Assembly (NCBI GenBank): GCA_944329425.1
Contig: CALVIG010000001.1
Location: 34,015 to 98,014 of the forward strand
Length of the DNA stretch: 64,000 nt
DNA from: an uncultured Bacilli bacterium
GTDB lineage: Bacteria; Bacillota_I; Bacilli_A; RF39; UBA660
Direction: 5' to 3'
Shown here piece by piece: positions 41,860 through 52,196 of the stretch. The translations under genes were made by a program, and so were the position numbers. The notes under the pieces were generated by a model. That model was not told where the DNA came from. It did not search any database and was given only the letters and a program-made list of their open reading frames with translations. How positions within the stretch are numbered: the first letter of the stretch is position 1; the number at the start of each line of letters is the position of its first letter.

Positions 41860-43053
41860 TTACCCAATACCCATCTGCTCGGTTTTATTTTCCTTAGTAT
41901 CTATGTTGTAATAATATTTAATATATTTTTCATTAGAATTTTCGTCTAAAGTAGTATCTTCAACAACCAAATTAATTATTGTTTCGTTATCTAATTTCTC
42001 GGTTGTTGACAAAGTTTCATTAAAAACTAAACCATCCGTTATTTTACAAAACTTTGTAATAACATTACCATCATAATTAATTAATTTAAGATAATCGTCA
42101 TTATCAATTACCACGACATAATCATTAAACAACATACATACTTGTTTATATGATTTACTTTTTTTAACTAATTTATTTTCTTTATTATAAATACTAAAAG
42201 TATCATCTTCATTTAAAATAACTACGTTACCATTTTTGGAAACAGCGTAATTAGAGTATCTTTTTCCATCAAACATAAGTTCAAAAGAATCATTATATAT
42301 TTCAGAATCATTACCATTATCATTTGAATAATTTTTTGCGTAATAAACATAATTTTCATTTGAGAAAGGGTGTATTGGTTTGTCAGAATTCCACAATATT
42401 TTACCAGTTTTTGTATTTATTACATAATTTTTTTCGTTTCCTGAATCATCATAAACACCCGCTATTACTTTATTTTGAGAAAATAATACGTTTTCATAAA
42501 CGTACATATAATCATACATAAATTCAGTTGAAAAATCATCTATATCAAAAGAATAATAAGCATATTTGTTATCTAGATTAGAAATTACTAGGCCATATAC
42601 ATTTTCGTTATATCCGCAAATATCAACGCTATTATAAAAAGCATTTGGTAGCTTTAAATTTAAAGCTTCGTTTTTTGAATAATCATATATTATGTATACC
42701 CCATCATAAATTATTACATAGTTTTTCTTTGAATACGTGCCATAAAAATTGCAGTCCTTACTAACGCATCCATATGAAGTTACGTACTCATAATCTTGTA
42801 AGGATTCATCTATATTTTGATCATCCTTTGTTAAAACAACGGAATTATCTAAAGATTTATAAACGTTTATTTTACTGGCATCACCGTTTGGTGTATACCA
42901 ATTTTCTTCTTTTTCATTATTAATCGTTTCCTTTTTACCATTAGAAATATTTTTCTCAAAATTCGTGCTAATAAATGCTATAACAATAATTAATACAAGA
43001 AAAATTAATAATAAAATTAATATCTTTTTCTTTTGCTTTAACACTAATTTCAC
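41860..43053 (-). CDS. membrane-anchored extracytoplasmic hypothetical protein
   Basis: 397 aa with an N-terminal TM and a Tyr/Asn/Asp-rich ectodomain. It lies between divIB and ftsA. Confidence 0.3.
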   Translation of the reverse strand: MKLVLKQKKKILILLLIFLVLIIVIAFISTNFEKNISNGKKETINNEKEENWYTPNGDASKINVYKSLDNSVVLTKDDQNIDESLQDYEYVTSYGCVSKDCNFYGTYSKKNYVIIYDGVYIIYDYSKNEALNLKLPNAFYNSVDICGYNENVYGLVISNLDNKYAYYSFDIDDFSTEFMYDYMYVYENVLFSQNKVIAGVYDDSGNEKNYVINTKTGKILWNSDKPIHPFSNENYVYYAKNYSNDNGNDSEIYNDSFELMFDGKRYSNYAVSKNGNVVILNEDDTFSIYNKENKLVKKSKSYKQVCMLFNDYVVVIDNDDYLKLINYDGNVITKFCKITDGLVFNETLSTTEKLDNETIINLVVEDTTLDENSNEKYIKYYYNIDTKENKTEQMGIG

Positions 43054-43109
43054 TTCCCTATTCTATAAAAAATAATATCATAATTAATATTGCTAGTAAA
43101 TAAAAAAGA

Positions 43110-43781
43110 TTATTTTACTTCAAAATAATCTCCATAGTCTAAATATAAAGTTCCATTTTGTTTTCCAACGTTTTCTAAAATAGTATTATACTTGTTTAAC
43201 TTATCAAACTTATTAACGGTTAAATACACACTATTACCATCATTCATGTTTACGTAATAACGATCATCATCAATTTCGTTTGGATCATATTTTATTTCAG
43301 ACATTTGACACAAGATATCTTTATCTATTTTATTCATGGCCTTTAAAAAACCACTTTTTTTCTTTTGAGGAACCTCGTTTACTAAATAAGGAACGCAAAT
43401 TATCTTATCATCTTTTATGGCTATTCCATCATCGGTTATTTTTTCGTTAGTTAATGAATCTACGTATAACACTTTTTTTTCCGTTATTGATATTTTAATA
43501 CTTAAAATTCCTTTTGACACCTTAACGCTTTTAACATACTTATTTTTAAGTATTTTATTTTTAACCGAAAAAGAAAACGTACTAAAGTATGAAGGATAAT
43601 CTTCTAACTCTGCTATTTCTATAATTTCTTGATCTGTCAAAACATCATTACCTTTAATTATTATATTTCTTATTGGAACGTCCACAAACCTGATTAACGC
43701 AAAAGAAATTACTGAAATAAACAGTAACAATAAAAATAATCTACCAACCCTTAACCTTCTTTTCTTCTTTTGCTTTTTCAT
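43110..43781 (-). CDS. divIB: cell division protein DivIB/FtsQ
   Basis: Basic N-terminus, single TM and a POTRA-like region, in the position between murB and ftsA. Confidence 0.6.
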   Translation of the reverse strand: MKKQKKKRRLRVGRLFLLLLFISVISFALIRFVDVPIRNIIIKGNDVLTDQEIIEIAELEDYPSYFSTFSFSVKNKILKNKYVKSVKVSKGILSIKISITEKKVLYVDSLTNEKITDDGIAIKDDKIICVPYLVNEVPQKKKSGFLKAMNKIDKDILCQMSEIKYDPNEIDDDRYYVNMNDGNSVYLTVNKFDKLNKYNTILENVGKQNGTLYLDYGDYFEVK

Positions 43782-43785
43782 CTTG

Positions 43786-44691
43786 CTACTCCCAATTAAC
43801 GAATTCCTGTTCTATTTTTAGATCTACGTTTGTTTTTTCTTTTACTTTATCATGAACGTAATTAATTAAATTCATAACGTCATTAGCGCTTGCTTTACCA
43901 GTGTTTATTATGAAATTCGCGTGTTTTAAGCTTACCTCAGCACCACCTATTTTATATCCCTTAAGACCACAATCTTCTATTAACTTACCAGCAAAATCAT
44001 TTTCTGGATTTCTAAATACAGAACCCGCCGAAGGATATTCTAAGGGCTGAGAAAGAAGCCTTTTTTGTCGTCTTGTTTCCATAAGTTCCTTTATTAACTT
44101 TTTATCTCCATGCCTTAACACCAACTTAGCTTCTAAACATATATATCCTGCGTTATGCCTTAAAAATGAATCCCGGTATTTATAATTTAAATCTTTGTTA
44201 TATAAAGTAATTACCTTTAAATCAGGAGATAAAACCTTTATCTCAGAAACTATGTAACCCATATCTGATTTATAAGCACCTGCATTCATAAATACCGCAC
44301 CACCTACCGTTCCAGGAATACCCGATGCAAATTCTAGCCCCGTTAAGCCCTCTTTTAAAGCCATATAAGATAACTTAATTAGACTTACGCCAGCACCTGC
44401 CGTTATTATGGTATCGTCTATTTTAACTTTATCAAAAGAATCTAATTTAATGATTACACCTTCATACGGTTTATCGCTAAAAACAAGGTTAGAACCATAA
44501 CCTAATACCTTATATTTAACCGATTCATCGTTTAATTTATTTAATAGTAACACAAGTTTTTTAACATCTTTAGGATACACTATTATACGTGCTATTCCTC
44601 CTACTTTATAGGTGGTATAATTGCTTAAACTAACGTTTTGTTTATAATTACCAATTTTATTTTTCTTTATAAAACTTATTATGTCTTTCAC
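43786..44691 (-). CDS. murB: UDP-N-acetylenolpyruvoylglucosamine reductase
   Basis: FAD-binding domain YKVGG...LGYGSNL and the C-terminal MurB domain. Confidence 0.85.
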   Translation of the reverse strand: MKDIISFIKKNKIGNYKQNVSLSNYTTYKVGGIARIIVYPKDVKKLVLLLNKLNDESVKYKVLGYGSNLVFSDKPYEGVIIKLDSFDKVKIDDTIITAGAGVSLIKLSYMALKEGLTGLEFASGIPGTVGGAVFMNAGAYKSDMGYIVSEIKVLSPDLKVITLYNKDLNYKYRDSFLRHNAGYICLEAKLVLRHGDKKLIKELMETRRQKRLLSQPLEYPSAGSVFRNPENDFAGKLIEDCGLKGYKIGGAEVSLKHANFIINTGKASANDVMNLINYVHDKVKEKTNVDLKIEQEFVNWE

Positions 44692-45782
44692 TTTTTCACC
44701 ACCAACTTAACTATCTCATCATATATCTTAGACGCACTATTTCTAACTTCAAACGCTTTTAAATTTTTCTTCATATTATTTGTAAAAAGTTTATCATCCA
44801 ATACTTTTTCTACCATTCTAAGTAAAATGTCTCCTTTTAAGTCTTTTTCTTCTAATATCATAGCAGCATCCTTATTAACTAAATCCATAGCGTTTTTATA
44901 TTGATGGTTTTCGGTAACGTAAGGACTAGGTATAAGAATTGAAGGAACGTTTAAAGAAGCAATTTCGCTTAAAGTTGAAGCTCCTGCCCGCGATACTAAA
45001 ACGTCAGTTACTTTTAAAAGACTTACCATGTTATCAACGTATGGTACTATCTTTATGTTATTGGTATATTTTATTTTCTTATATTCATCATAATAATTTT
45101 TACCAGTAACAAACATAACTTCATAATCTTTATTGTTAAAAAGCGTTAGCATGTTCTTCATTTTATCACTAACGGTTTTTGAGCCTAAAGAACCCATAAC
45201 TATTAAAACTAATTTTTTATTTGATGAAAGTCCATAATCTTCTTTTTTCGCAGGTGTAACCTTCATGGCACTCTCACTGCAAGGGTTACCAGTATATATA
45301 ACTCTTTTTTTATCTTCAGATTTTTCCTCTAAACTTTTAAATGAAACAAAAATTTTATCCGCAAACTTAGAAGCAAATTTATTAGTAACCCCAAAAGATG
45401 AGTTTTGCTCATGAATGCAGCATTTAACCCCAAGCTTATGAGCAGCGTAAATAACTGGTGCAGAAACGTAGCCACCAACCCCAATTACTACGTCAGGATT
45501 AAATTTTTTTATTATTCTTTTACACCTTGATATGGCATTTATAAATAAAAGCACACTTTTAACGTTTTTAAAACTTAGTTTTCTTCTTAACCCTTCCACG
45601 TTTATTCCGATAAACTTAAAACCTTCTTTTGGTACGATATCCTTTTCCATTCGATTGCTAGTGCCTATGTAAAGGATTTCACTTGCTTTATCCTTTTCCT
45701 TAATTTTCTTTGCAATGGCAAGCGCTGGATAAATATGTCCACCAGTACCACCCGCTGATATAATAACTTTCAAATGAATCAC
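44688..45782 (-). CDS. murG: UDP-GlcNAc:lipid I N-acetylglucosaminyltransferase
   Basis: GGTGGHIYPALAIA N-terminal G-loop, GT28 C-terminal domain, and dcw synteny. Confidence 0.9.
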   Translation of the reverse strand: MIHLKVIISAGGTGGHIYPALAIAKKIKEKDKASEILYIGTSNRMEKDIVPKEGFKFIGINVEGLRRKLSFKNVKSVLLFINAISRCKRIIKKFNPDVVIGVGGYVSAPVIYAAHKLGVKCCIHEQNSSFGVTNKFASKFADKIFVSFKSLEEKSEDKKRVIYTGNPCSESAMKVTPAKKEDYGLSSNKKLVLIVMGSLGSKTVSDKMKNMLTLFNNKDYEVMFVTGKNYYDEYKKIKYTNNIKIVPYVDNMVSLLKVTDVLVSRAGASTLSEIASLNVPSILIPSPYVTENHQYKNAMDLVNKDAAMILEEKDLKGDILLRMVEKVLDDKLFTNNMKKNLKAFEVRNSASKIYDEIVKLVVKK

Positions 45783-45867
45783 CTACTATTAAGTATTATA
45801 TCATAATTATATGATTTAAATATAACAAAAAGAATGTTCTTTACAAATGACTTATTAAAAACAAAAA

Positions 45868-45900
45868 AATAACGATCCTGATAAAATCGTTATTTTTTTA
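45868..45900. terminator. bidirectional intrinsic terminator
   Basis: aaaaaaataacgatcctgataaaatcgttattttttt: a 9-bp stem flanked by A- and T-runs. Confidence 0.6.
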
Positions 45901-46219
45901 GTTTTAGAATGAAAAATCACTCTGAATTCAAGCAAACCCCAAATTCATTTTTAAATATTATCAGTATTTAATGTGATATCTTATTCTCATGAGTTTTCTT
46001 TCTCATTTACAATTGTAAGGCCTAGATACGAATAAGATTAGTTTTTTAAACTATTTTCAACTATCTTTAAACATAAGATAGATAATAGATATTAAAAATA
46101 TCGTTTAGAAAGAAACAAACTTTCTTTCTAAATATAATATCTATAGTAAACCTACCTAGGTTAACTTCATTATAACACGTTATTTTGTTTTGTCAACACA
46201 TTTTAATATTATTCTTAAT

Positions 46220-47347
46220 TTAACTATTTTCTAAAAGCCAAACCAAGCCATTATCTTTACTAATAAATATTAATTCTTTTTCCTCATATCCATCTTTATT
46301 TGGATTTATTTGATATACTGAACAATTTATTTTTAACGTGTTTCCATCATAGTAAGGTACATCTTTCACGCTAATGTATTCCGCGCTTTCGTTTTTATAT
46401 TTAAAATTGGCAACTGAAAAAGTTTTACCACCATCATTAGTAACGTATAACCCTGGTCTTGAATTATCTAAATAAATTTTTCCAGTAGATATCGCAAACC
46501 CTAAATTCGTGTCTAAAAAAACAAATTTTGCTTCATTACTAACTTCAATTGTTTTATCCGATATAACATAAAAGTTTTTACCATTATCCTTACTTCTTAA
46601 AACTTCTACTAAAACGTTTTGCCCCAATACATTATCTTGTTTACTAAACCTTAATATCGTATTATTAAATTTCTTTTCATATAAAACTTCTTCATCTTCT
46701 GGTAATATATAATCATTATTTTTATTATAATCATTTGATTCAGTAATATCTTCTTCGTATATAGCTTTATCTATTATTTTTCCATTTTCATCTTTAATAA
46801 AAGTTTCAGTTTTCTTTAACTTTATTTTTCCCTTGCTATCATAATAAGTGTATTTAACACCATCAATAGCCTCAAGATTATCAAAAGGGTCGAAATTCCC
46901 TTCACCAAAATAACCATGTACTTTTACTTTGGTTCCCATTAGTAATGGTCCATAATAATCATAATAGCCAACGTCTACATATTTAAAGGAATTCACTACT
47001 GCCACATATTTTTTATCGTCTAAATTTACCGTATGTTCAGACTGATATTTAAAAACTGATACAAAATTTATAAACGGCATAAAAGTAATTACTAAAATCA
47101 ATATAGAAACAACACACAATGATGAAAATATTATAGCTGATCTTTTATTTTCAGCAACATTATGTATTTGCTGAAATACGCCAACTATAAATCCAATTAT
47201 AGATATTAATATTATAAGAATGATAACCCATATTCTAAATCTTATATTAGTCAAATATAAGATAAAATTAATTAATATATTAATACCTACAAAAATTAAA
47301 TCACATAGAAGTATTTCCGTTTTAAATTTATTAAATATTTTCTTCAT
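46220..47347 (-). CDS. membrane protein with extracytoplasmic BNR/Asp-box repeat domain
   Basis: Three N-terminal TMs, and SKDNGKNF, TNDGGKTFS and SKDNGLVW Asp-box repeats. Confidence 0.45.
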   Translation of the reverse strand: MKKIFNKFKTEILLCDLIFVGINILINFILYLTNIRFRIWVIILIILISIIGFIVGVFQQIHNVAENKRSAIIFSSLCVVSILILVITFMPFINFVSVFKYQSEHTVNLDDKKYVAVVNSFKYVDVGYYDYYGPLLMGTKVKVHGYFGEGNFDPFDNLEAIDGVKYTYYDSKGKIKLKKTETFIKDENGKIIDKAIYEEDITESNDYNKNNDYILPEDEEVLYEKKFNNTILRFSKQDNVLGQNVLVEVLRSKDNGKNFYVISDKTIEVSNEAKFVFLDTNLGFAISTGKIYLDNSRPGLYVTNDGGKTFSVANFKYKNESAEYISVKDVPYYDGNTLKINCSVYQINPNKDGYEEKELIFISKDNGLVWLLENS

Positions 47348-47358
47348 TTTTTCATCAC

Positions 47359-48375
47359 CTACTTTAAGATAATACTTTTCTCATAATTTTCTAAATAATT
47401 TTCTTTAAGTATTAATTTGTGATTCTTTATAACGAATTTTGAAACATTAGGCACTGATATACTCTCATCAGAATTATTTATTTTCGTTCTGTAATAAATT
47501 AATTCATCACCTTTAATTTCAAACGTACCTGATGAAGTTTCAATTATTTTGCTTTCATTTTCACTAATATAACGAATTTCTAAAGTAGCAGTCCATTCAT
47601 TTTCATTATTTTTATTTTCATATTTAGGCAAAAAATAAACAATCAAATTTGAATCTTCACTATATAATGTTTTAAAAGCATTTAATGCTCCTAATTTTTC
47701 ATTATATTCTTTGATTTGTAAAGTATTACAATAATTTCCATTTCTAATATTATAAGAAATTGTATTATATATAAAATTACCTTTAACAGAATAATCAATA
47801 AACGTAATATTAGCATCAGAATCATAATAGTACGTAGTATTATTACAAGAAATATGTTTTAAAGTATTCAAATAATTTTTCATTTCACTCTTTAAAATAT
47901 TTTTTCCTCTTAAGTTCTTGTAAGAATAAACGTTTTCATTGTTCTTCATTAAAAATGAAAATTTAGGAATACCAAGATTAATCAACTTATTGTCATTATG
48001 ATTATACCTAACGTGATTAACATCATATCCAAACGGAATAAGTTTAAATAAAATGATACAAATAATAATAACAATTGGGAGCATAATTAGTGCTATTTTT
48101 TTTATTATTTGTTTTTTTATTTTCTTTTTTTCATTTTTCAAAATTTCTTTAACATCAATATCATTCTTTTTTTCAATTTGAAGAATGTTATAAATGTCCG
48201 TATCTAACTGTTCCGCCAATTTTTCAAGAATAGTGATATCTGGTAAACTTAATCCCCTTTCCCACTTACTAACCGCTTTATCCGTTACAAATAGTTTATC
48301 TCCAAGTTCTTTTTGAGTTAACCCTTTTGATTTTCTAAGTGATGATATAAGCTTGCCTATTTTATTATTGTCCAT
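47359..48375 (-). CDS. membrane-anchored XRE-family HTH transcriptional regulator
   Basis: N-terminal HTH (LRKSKGLTQKELGDKLFVTDKAVSKWERG), a TM at ~residue 95, then an extracytoplasmic domain. Confidence 0.7.
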   Translation of the reverse strand: MDNNKIGKLISSLRKSKGLTQKELGDKLFVTDKAVSKWERGLSLPDITILEKLAEQLDTDIYNILQIEKKNDIDVKEILKNEKKKIKKQIIKKIALIMLPIVIIICIILFKLIPFGYDVNHVRYNHNDNKLINLGIPKFSFLMKNNENVYSYKNLRGKNILKSEMKNYLNTLKHISCNNTTYYYDSDANITFIDYSVKGNFIYNTISYNIRNGNYCNTLQIKEYNEKLGALNAFKTLYSEDSNLIVYFLPKYENKNNENEWTATLEIRYISENESKIIETSSGTFEIKGDELIYYRTKINNSDESISVPNVSKFVIKNHKLILKENYLENYEKSIILK

Positions 48376-48498
48376 AAGATTTCACCTCAATTACATTATA
48401 CTACATAAAAACAAATTCTCACTCTACTGTTGGTTTATTGTTATAAATTATAAAAAATCACTAAAAAACACATAAATAATATGTGTTTTAATAATAGT

Positions 48499-49041
48499 CT
48501 ACAAAAGCAAAATATATTCATAATCGTTTATATACTTATTACCTGGCTTATAATATCTTAGTTCTGTTTTTCGAAATTTAAAACCAAGTTTTTCACAAAC
48601 TCTTTTTGATTTTTCATTTCCTTCATAAAAATGAGCAATCATTTTTTTATATCCAAGTGATTTTAAATATTTTGAAATTTCTTTTAATGCTTCTGGAGCG
48701 TATCCATTTCCCCAATATTTTGGATGAGTGTTATATGATATTTCAATTGACATTTCTTCTTCATTTTCTCTATCCGCTATTATATTAGCTACCGGTTCAT
48801 TTGTATTTTTCAAAAACACGTACCAATCAAAAATTTTATTTTTTTCACATTCCTTATAATACTCTTTTGAATTTTCACCTATAAAATCTATTTCCTTTTC
48901 AAATTTTACAAATTCATTTCTTCCATCAATTCCTGTACATTTGGTTAAATCATATTCATAAATTTTTTTACAAACACTAGATGTTCCTTTGTCTAATATT
49001 AATCTTTTAGTTTCTAGCCTCTTTGTTTCATATTTCCTCAT
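48499..49041 (-). CDS. GNAT family N-acetyltransferase
   Basis: WGNGYAPEALKEI motif. Confidence 0.7.
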   Translation of the reverse strand: MRKYETKRLETKRLILDKGTSSVCKKIYEYDLTKCTGIDGRNEFVKFEKEIDFIGENSKEYYKECEKNKIFDWYVFLKNTNEPVANIIADRENEEEMSIEISYNTHPKYWGNGYAPEALKEISKYLKSLGYKKMIAHFYEGNEKSKRVCEKLGFKFRKTELRYYKPGNKYINDYEYILLL

Positions 49042-49115
49042 TTTTCATCCTCGTACAATTTATTATATGTTATTTATAATTATATACCAATTTTATTATT
49101 TAAAGTATAAGAAAG

Positions 49116-49223
49116 TTAATTTTGTCTATACCTAGATATGTTAAGGATAATCCCCATGGATATGAGGGTGATTATAAGGCTACTACCACCATAACTAAAG
49201 AATGGTAAAGTAACACCTGTAAC
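49116..49223 (-). pseudogene. 3' fragment of split SEDS gene (spoVE/ftsW C-terminus: [35 protein letters not shown])
   Basis: Unannotated in-frame segment encoding the canonical SEDS C-terminal motif. It continues exactly where the 5' fragment at 60890 diverges. Confidence 0.75.
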
Positions 49224-49276
49224 TCTTTTTGTGTTATCAAAAAAATAAGGGTTACACCTATACCGATTATAACTTT

Positions 49277-50893
49277 TTATGCTTGAACCATGTCTTTTGC
49301 TATTTCTGTTAAATTTCTAAATCTTAAATAAACCTTGACATTTTTCTTTTCACCATCTGATATAACTATTCTACTAATTAATTTCTTAATTACACTTTTA
49401 CTTGGATTTTTAAGTGACATAAATTCTTCTACTACCTTTCTACATTTGCAAAATTCTTTTTCATATGTATCACTTGAATAAAGCTTTAGTTTTTCTTCAA
49501 TTTTTTGTTTTTCTTCTTGTAATAACTTAAGTTCTTCTTCATGTTCTTTCGATAGCTTTTTGTATATGTCTACTGATATTACATTATCTAACTTATCATT
49601 ATATAAAGATGAAAGTACTTTATATTTTTTATCAATTTTTTTAGAAACATTTACAAGGTCATTATTTAACTTTTCAACGCCCCTATTAAAATAATAAATA
49701 GCATCTTCTACTAGCTTACTTGAATCATATTTCTTTAAAAATTTACCACCGAGTTCTTTTAAGAAAAGTAATATATCTTCTTCCAAATAATTATAATTGA
49801 TTCTATTAGGTGTACAATTACTATACTTTCCTTTCCGTTGATATAAATTACAATATGTATATCTTGAAACACCCTTTTTCCTTTGCCTTTCTGAAATTCC
49901 CAGATTATGGCCGCAATTACCACATATTAGCAATCCAGAAAGCAAATATTTATCATACTTTTTAACTGAAGATACTCTAGATTTACTATTTAAAATTTTT
50001 TGAACTTCCTGATATTCTTCTTCACTTATTATAGCTTCATGAGTATTTTTTACAATTATTTGATTAGTGCAATCTATTTTTTTTAGTTTTTTAGATGTAT
50101 GACTTGGTTTTTCGTACGTATGTTGAACCATGTTACCTATATACATTTGACTAGTCAAAATATTTTTTACAGTAGAATGTTTCCAAACACCATAACCTTC
50201 ATTTTCCGTCACCAATAATCCTCTATACTCTTTTTTATAGACTATTGGTATTGGAATTTTAGAATCTGTTAATTTTTTGCAGATTCTTGTGATTCCAAGA
50301 CCATCTAGCACCATTTTATAAATCATTCTTACAACTTTAGCTGCCTCTTCATCAATAATTAAATGATGATGATTTGCCGGATCTTTTTTATAACCATAAC
50401 ATGCAAATGAACCAATATAATCTCCTTTTTCTTGTTTGATACGAAAACTAGTTTTAACTTTTTTTGAAACCTCTCTTAAATAAAGGTCATTTACTCCAAG
50501 TCTTATACCAAGCATTGAATCACCAACGTTTGAATCATATGAGTCATTAATTGCAATATATCTAACATCATGTTCCAAAAAATATTCTTCTATATACTGA
50601 CCCGTCTTATACATCTCACGTCCAAGTCTAGATAAATCTTTTGTAATAACACAATTAATAACTCCATTTTCTATGTCTTTTATCATTCGTTCAAAACCTG
50701 GTCTATTAAAATTACCTCCGGAAAATCCGTCATCGACATACTCTCGAACAATATTTAAGCCATTATATTTTGCAAATGAACTATTTATAAGACGTTGACT
50801 TTCTATTGACGAAGATTCATCCTTACCATGTCTGATATCCTCTTTGGATAGTCTTAAATAGTTACCACACTTATAGATTTTATTACCTACCAT
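49277..50893 (-). CDS. large serine recombinase (resolvase catalytic domain + recombinase domain + zinc ribbon + coiled coil)
   Basis: YLRLSKED...SSSIESQR catalytic Ser/Arg region, CGNCGHNL zinc ribbon and a long C-terminal coiled coil, in 538 aa. Confidence 0.85.
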   Translation of the reverse strand: MVGNKIYKCGNYLRLSKEDIRHGKDESSSIESQRLINSSFAKYNGLNIVREYVDDGFSGGNFNRPGFERMIKDIENGVINCVITKDLSRLGREMYKTGQYIEEYFLEHDVRYIAINDSYDSNVGDSMLGIRLGVNDLYLREVSKKVKTSFRIKQEKGDYIGSFACYGYKKDPANHHHLIIDEEAAKVVRMIYKMVLDGLGITRICKKLTDSKIPIPIVYKKEYRGLLVTENEGYGVWKHSTVKNILTSQMYIGNMVQHTYEKPSHTSKKLKKIDCTNQIIVKNTHEAIISEEEYQEVQKILNSKSRVSSVKKYDKYLLSGLLICGNCGHNLGISERQRKKGVSRYTYCNLYQRKGKYSNCTPNRINYNYLEEDILLFLKELGGKFLKKYDSSKLVEDAIYYFNRGVEKLNNDLVNVSKKIDKKYKVLSSLYNDKLDNVISVDIYKKLSKEHEEELKLLQEEKQKIEEKLKLYSSDTYEKEFCKCRKVVEEFMSLKNPSKSVIKKLISRIVISDGEKKNVKVYLRFRNLTEIAKDMVQA

Positions 50894-50929
50894 TTTTTAG
50901 CTCCTTTCCAATCGGTAGGTTCATTGTAT

Positions 50930-51190
50930 CTACATACAAATATTATCACCTATCTTTGATTTTTGCAAATCATCGTTTTCATTTTTTATTAGTTTTTCAC
51001 TACTCATTTTTTCCTTAAATGATTGCTCTAAAATGACTTTTAATGATTTCCCGGAATCGTCTGGTATAAAAGTAACTTTATAATTTTTTCTTATTTCTTT
51101 ATTCATTATATTATCACCAGTTCTATATATATGATTAAAAATTTCTAATACAACATTATTGCAAACATTAGACATTTTATTTATTTTCAC
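50930..51190 (-). CDS. hypothetical small protein (element-encoded)
   Basis: ORF adjacent to the recombinase. Confidence 0.3.
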   Translation of the reverse strand: MKINKMSNVCNNVVLEIFNHIYRTGDNIMNKEIRKNYKVTFIPDDSGKSLKVILEQSFKEKMSSEKLIKNENDDLQKSKIGDNICM

Positions 51191-51193
51191 CTC

Positions 51194-51550
51194 CTACAAA
51201 TTTTTAATATGTATTTCAATTGAATTTTCTTTTTCTATTAATAAGAATGGTTTATCTTTTAAATGATTTTTAAGAATAAATAATGAAGATTTTTTTAAAT
51301 TACTAAAATGCACCACTAAATACGTTCTTTCATTAGCAACTTTATAATCACAACTTACAATATCTTTAGAGAATAATCTCTCTACTTCTTTTAATATAGG
51401 GTTAAGCATTTTTATATCATGATCTCTAAAATCACTTTTAATATAATCTGATTTAACCTCACTTATTTTTTCAATTGTATAATCGAAGGCACTGAAAATC
51501 CATATAGCACCAATAATGTTTCTTCTTATTTGGGAATTAGCAAAGTACAT
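51194..51550 (-). CDS. hypothetical protein (element-encoded)
   Basis: ORF. Confidence 0.3.
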   Translation of the reverse strand: MYFANSQIRRNIIGAIWIFSAFDYTIEKISEVKSDYIKSDFRDHDIKMLNPILKEVERLFSKDIVSCDYKVANERTYLVVHFSNLKKSSLFILKNHLKDKPFLLIEKENSIEIHIKNL

Positions 51551-51659
51551 TATAAAAGATTAGAAAGCGCTAATGACAAATCAAAATTCATTAGTTTAGA
51601 TAATTTAATAAAACTATCAATCATATTTGATAAAAAAATAGATGATTTCTTAAAATAAT

Positions 51660-51700
51660 AAAAAGTGCATAAGCATTAAAAACTTATGCACTTTATTTTA
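51660..51700 (-). terminator. intrinsic terminator ending the 4-gene cargo operon
   Basis: agtgcataagcattaaaaacttatgcact: a perfect 10-bp stem followed by a T-rich tract on the minus strand. Confidence 0.6.
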
Positions 51701-51713
51701 ATTAAATTTAATA

Positions 51714-52196
51714 TTATCTATTATCAGACAAAACTATATTATTATTTGATTCTATATTGTTTCTAATTATCTTAGAAATATGATTAGGTTTAAAGTTTTC
51801 TTTATCTAAGTCTTCTATTTTTATCCAATGAAATTTATGTTCCTTTTCTACACCTTTATCTATTTCTTTTATTGTAAAAGAATTTTTAGGTAGTTTAGAC
51901 AATGACTTAAGTTTATAATAATAATTAATTTCTTGATTTACTTTACCATCAGTGATATAAATGTTTTCGTTAATACAAAATAAATCTATTATTTCAACAT
52001 CTATTTTTAATTCTTCACGCATTTCTCTTAACATTGCTTGCTTTGTACTTTCTCCAATCTCAACATGTCCACCTGGTAAACAACAACCAATAAATTTTTG
52101 AGTTTCATGGACTAAAAGTCTATCATCTTCTATTAACATTCCACTAACTCTTAATCGAAATTTTCCATTTTTTGTCTTGATTTTTATATCTTCCAT
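51714..52196 (-). CDS. NUDIX hydrolase
   Basis: Nudix box GGHVEIGESTKQAMLREMREELKI. Confidence 0.7.
   Translation of the reverse strand: MEDIKIKTKNGKFRLRVSGMLIEDDRLLVHETQKFIGCCLPGGHVEIGESTKQAMLREMREELKIDVEIIDLFCINENIYITDGKVNQEINYYYKLKSLSKLPKNSFTIKEIDKGVEKEHKFHWIKIEDLDKENFKPNHISKIIRNNIESNNNIVLSDNR

Noticed and set aside
49141-49175. Imperfect inverted repeat ATAATCCCCATGGATATGAGGGTGATTAT, first considered an att site or ncRNA hairpin
   Set aside because: It lies inside the coding sequence of the spoVE 3' fragment (...[13 protein letters not shown]...). The symmetry is most simply explained by coding constraints. The more convincing att-like repeats are at 49210-49264.
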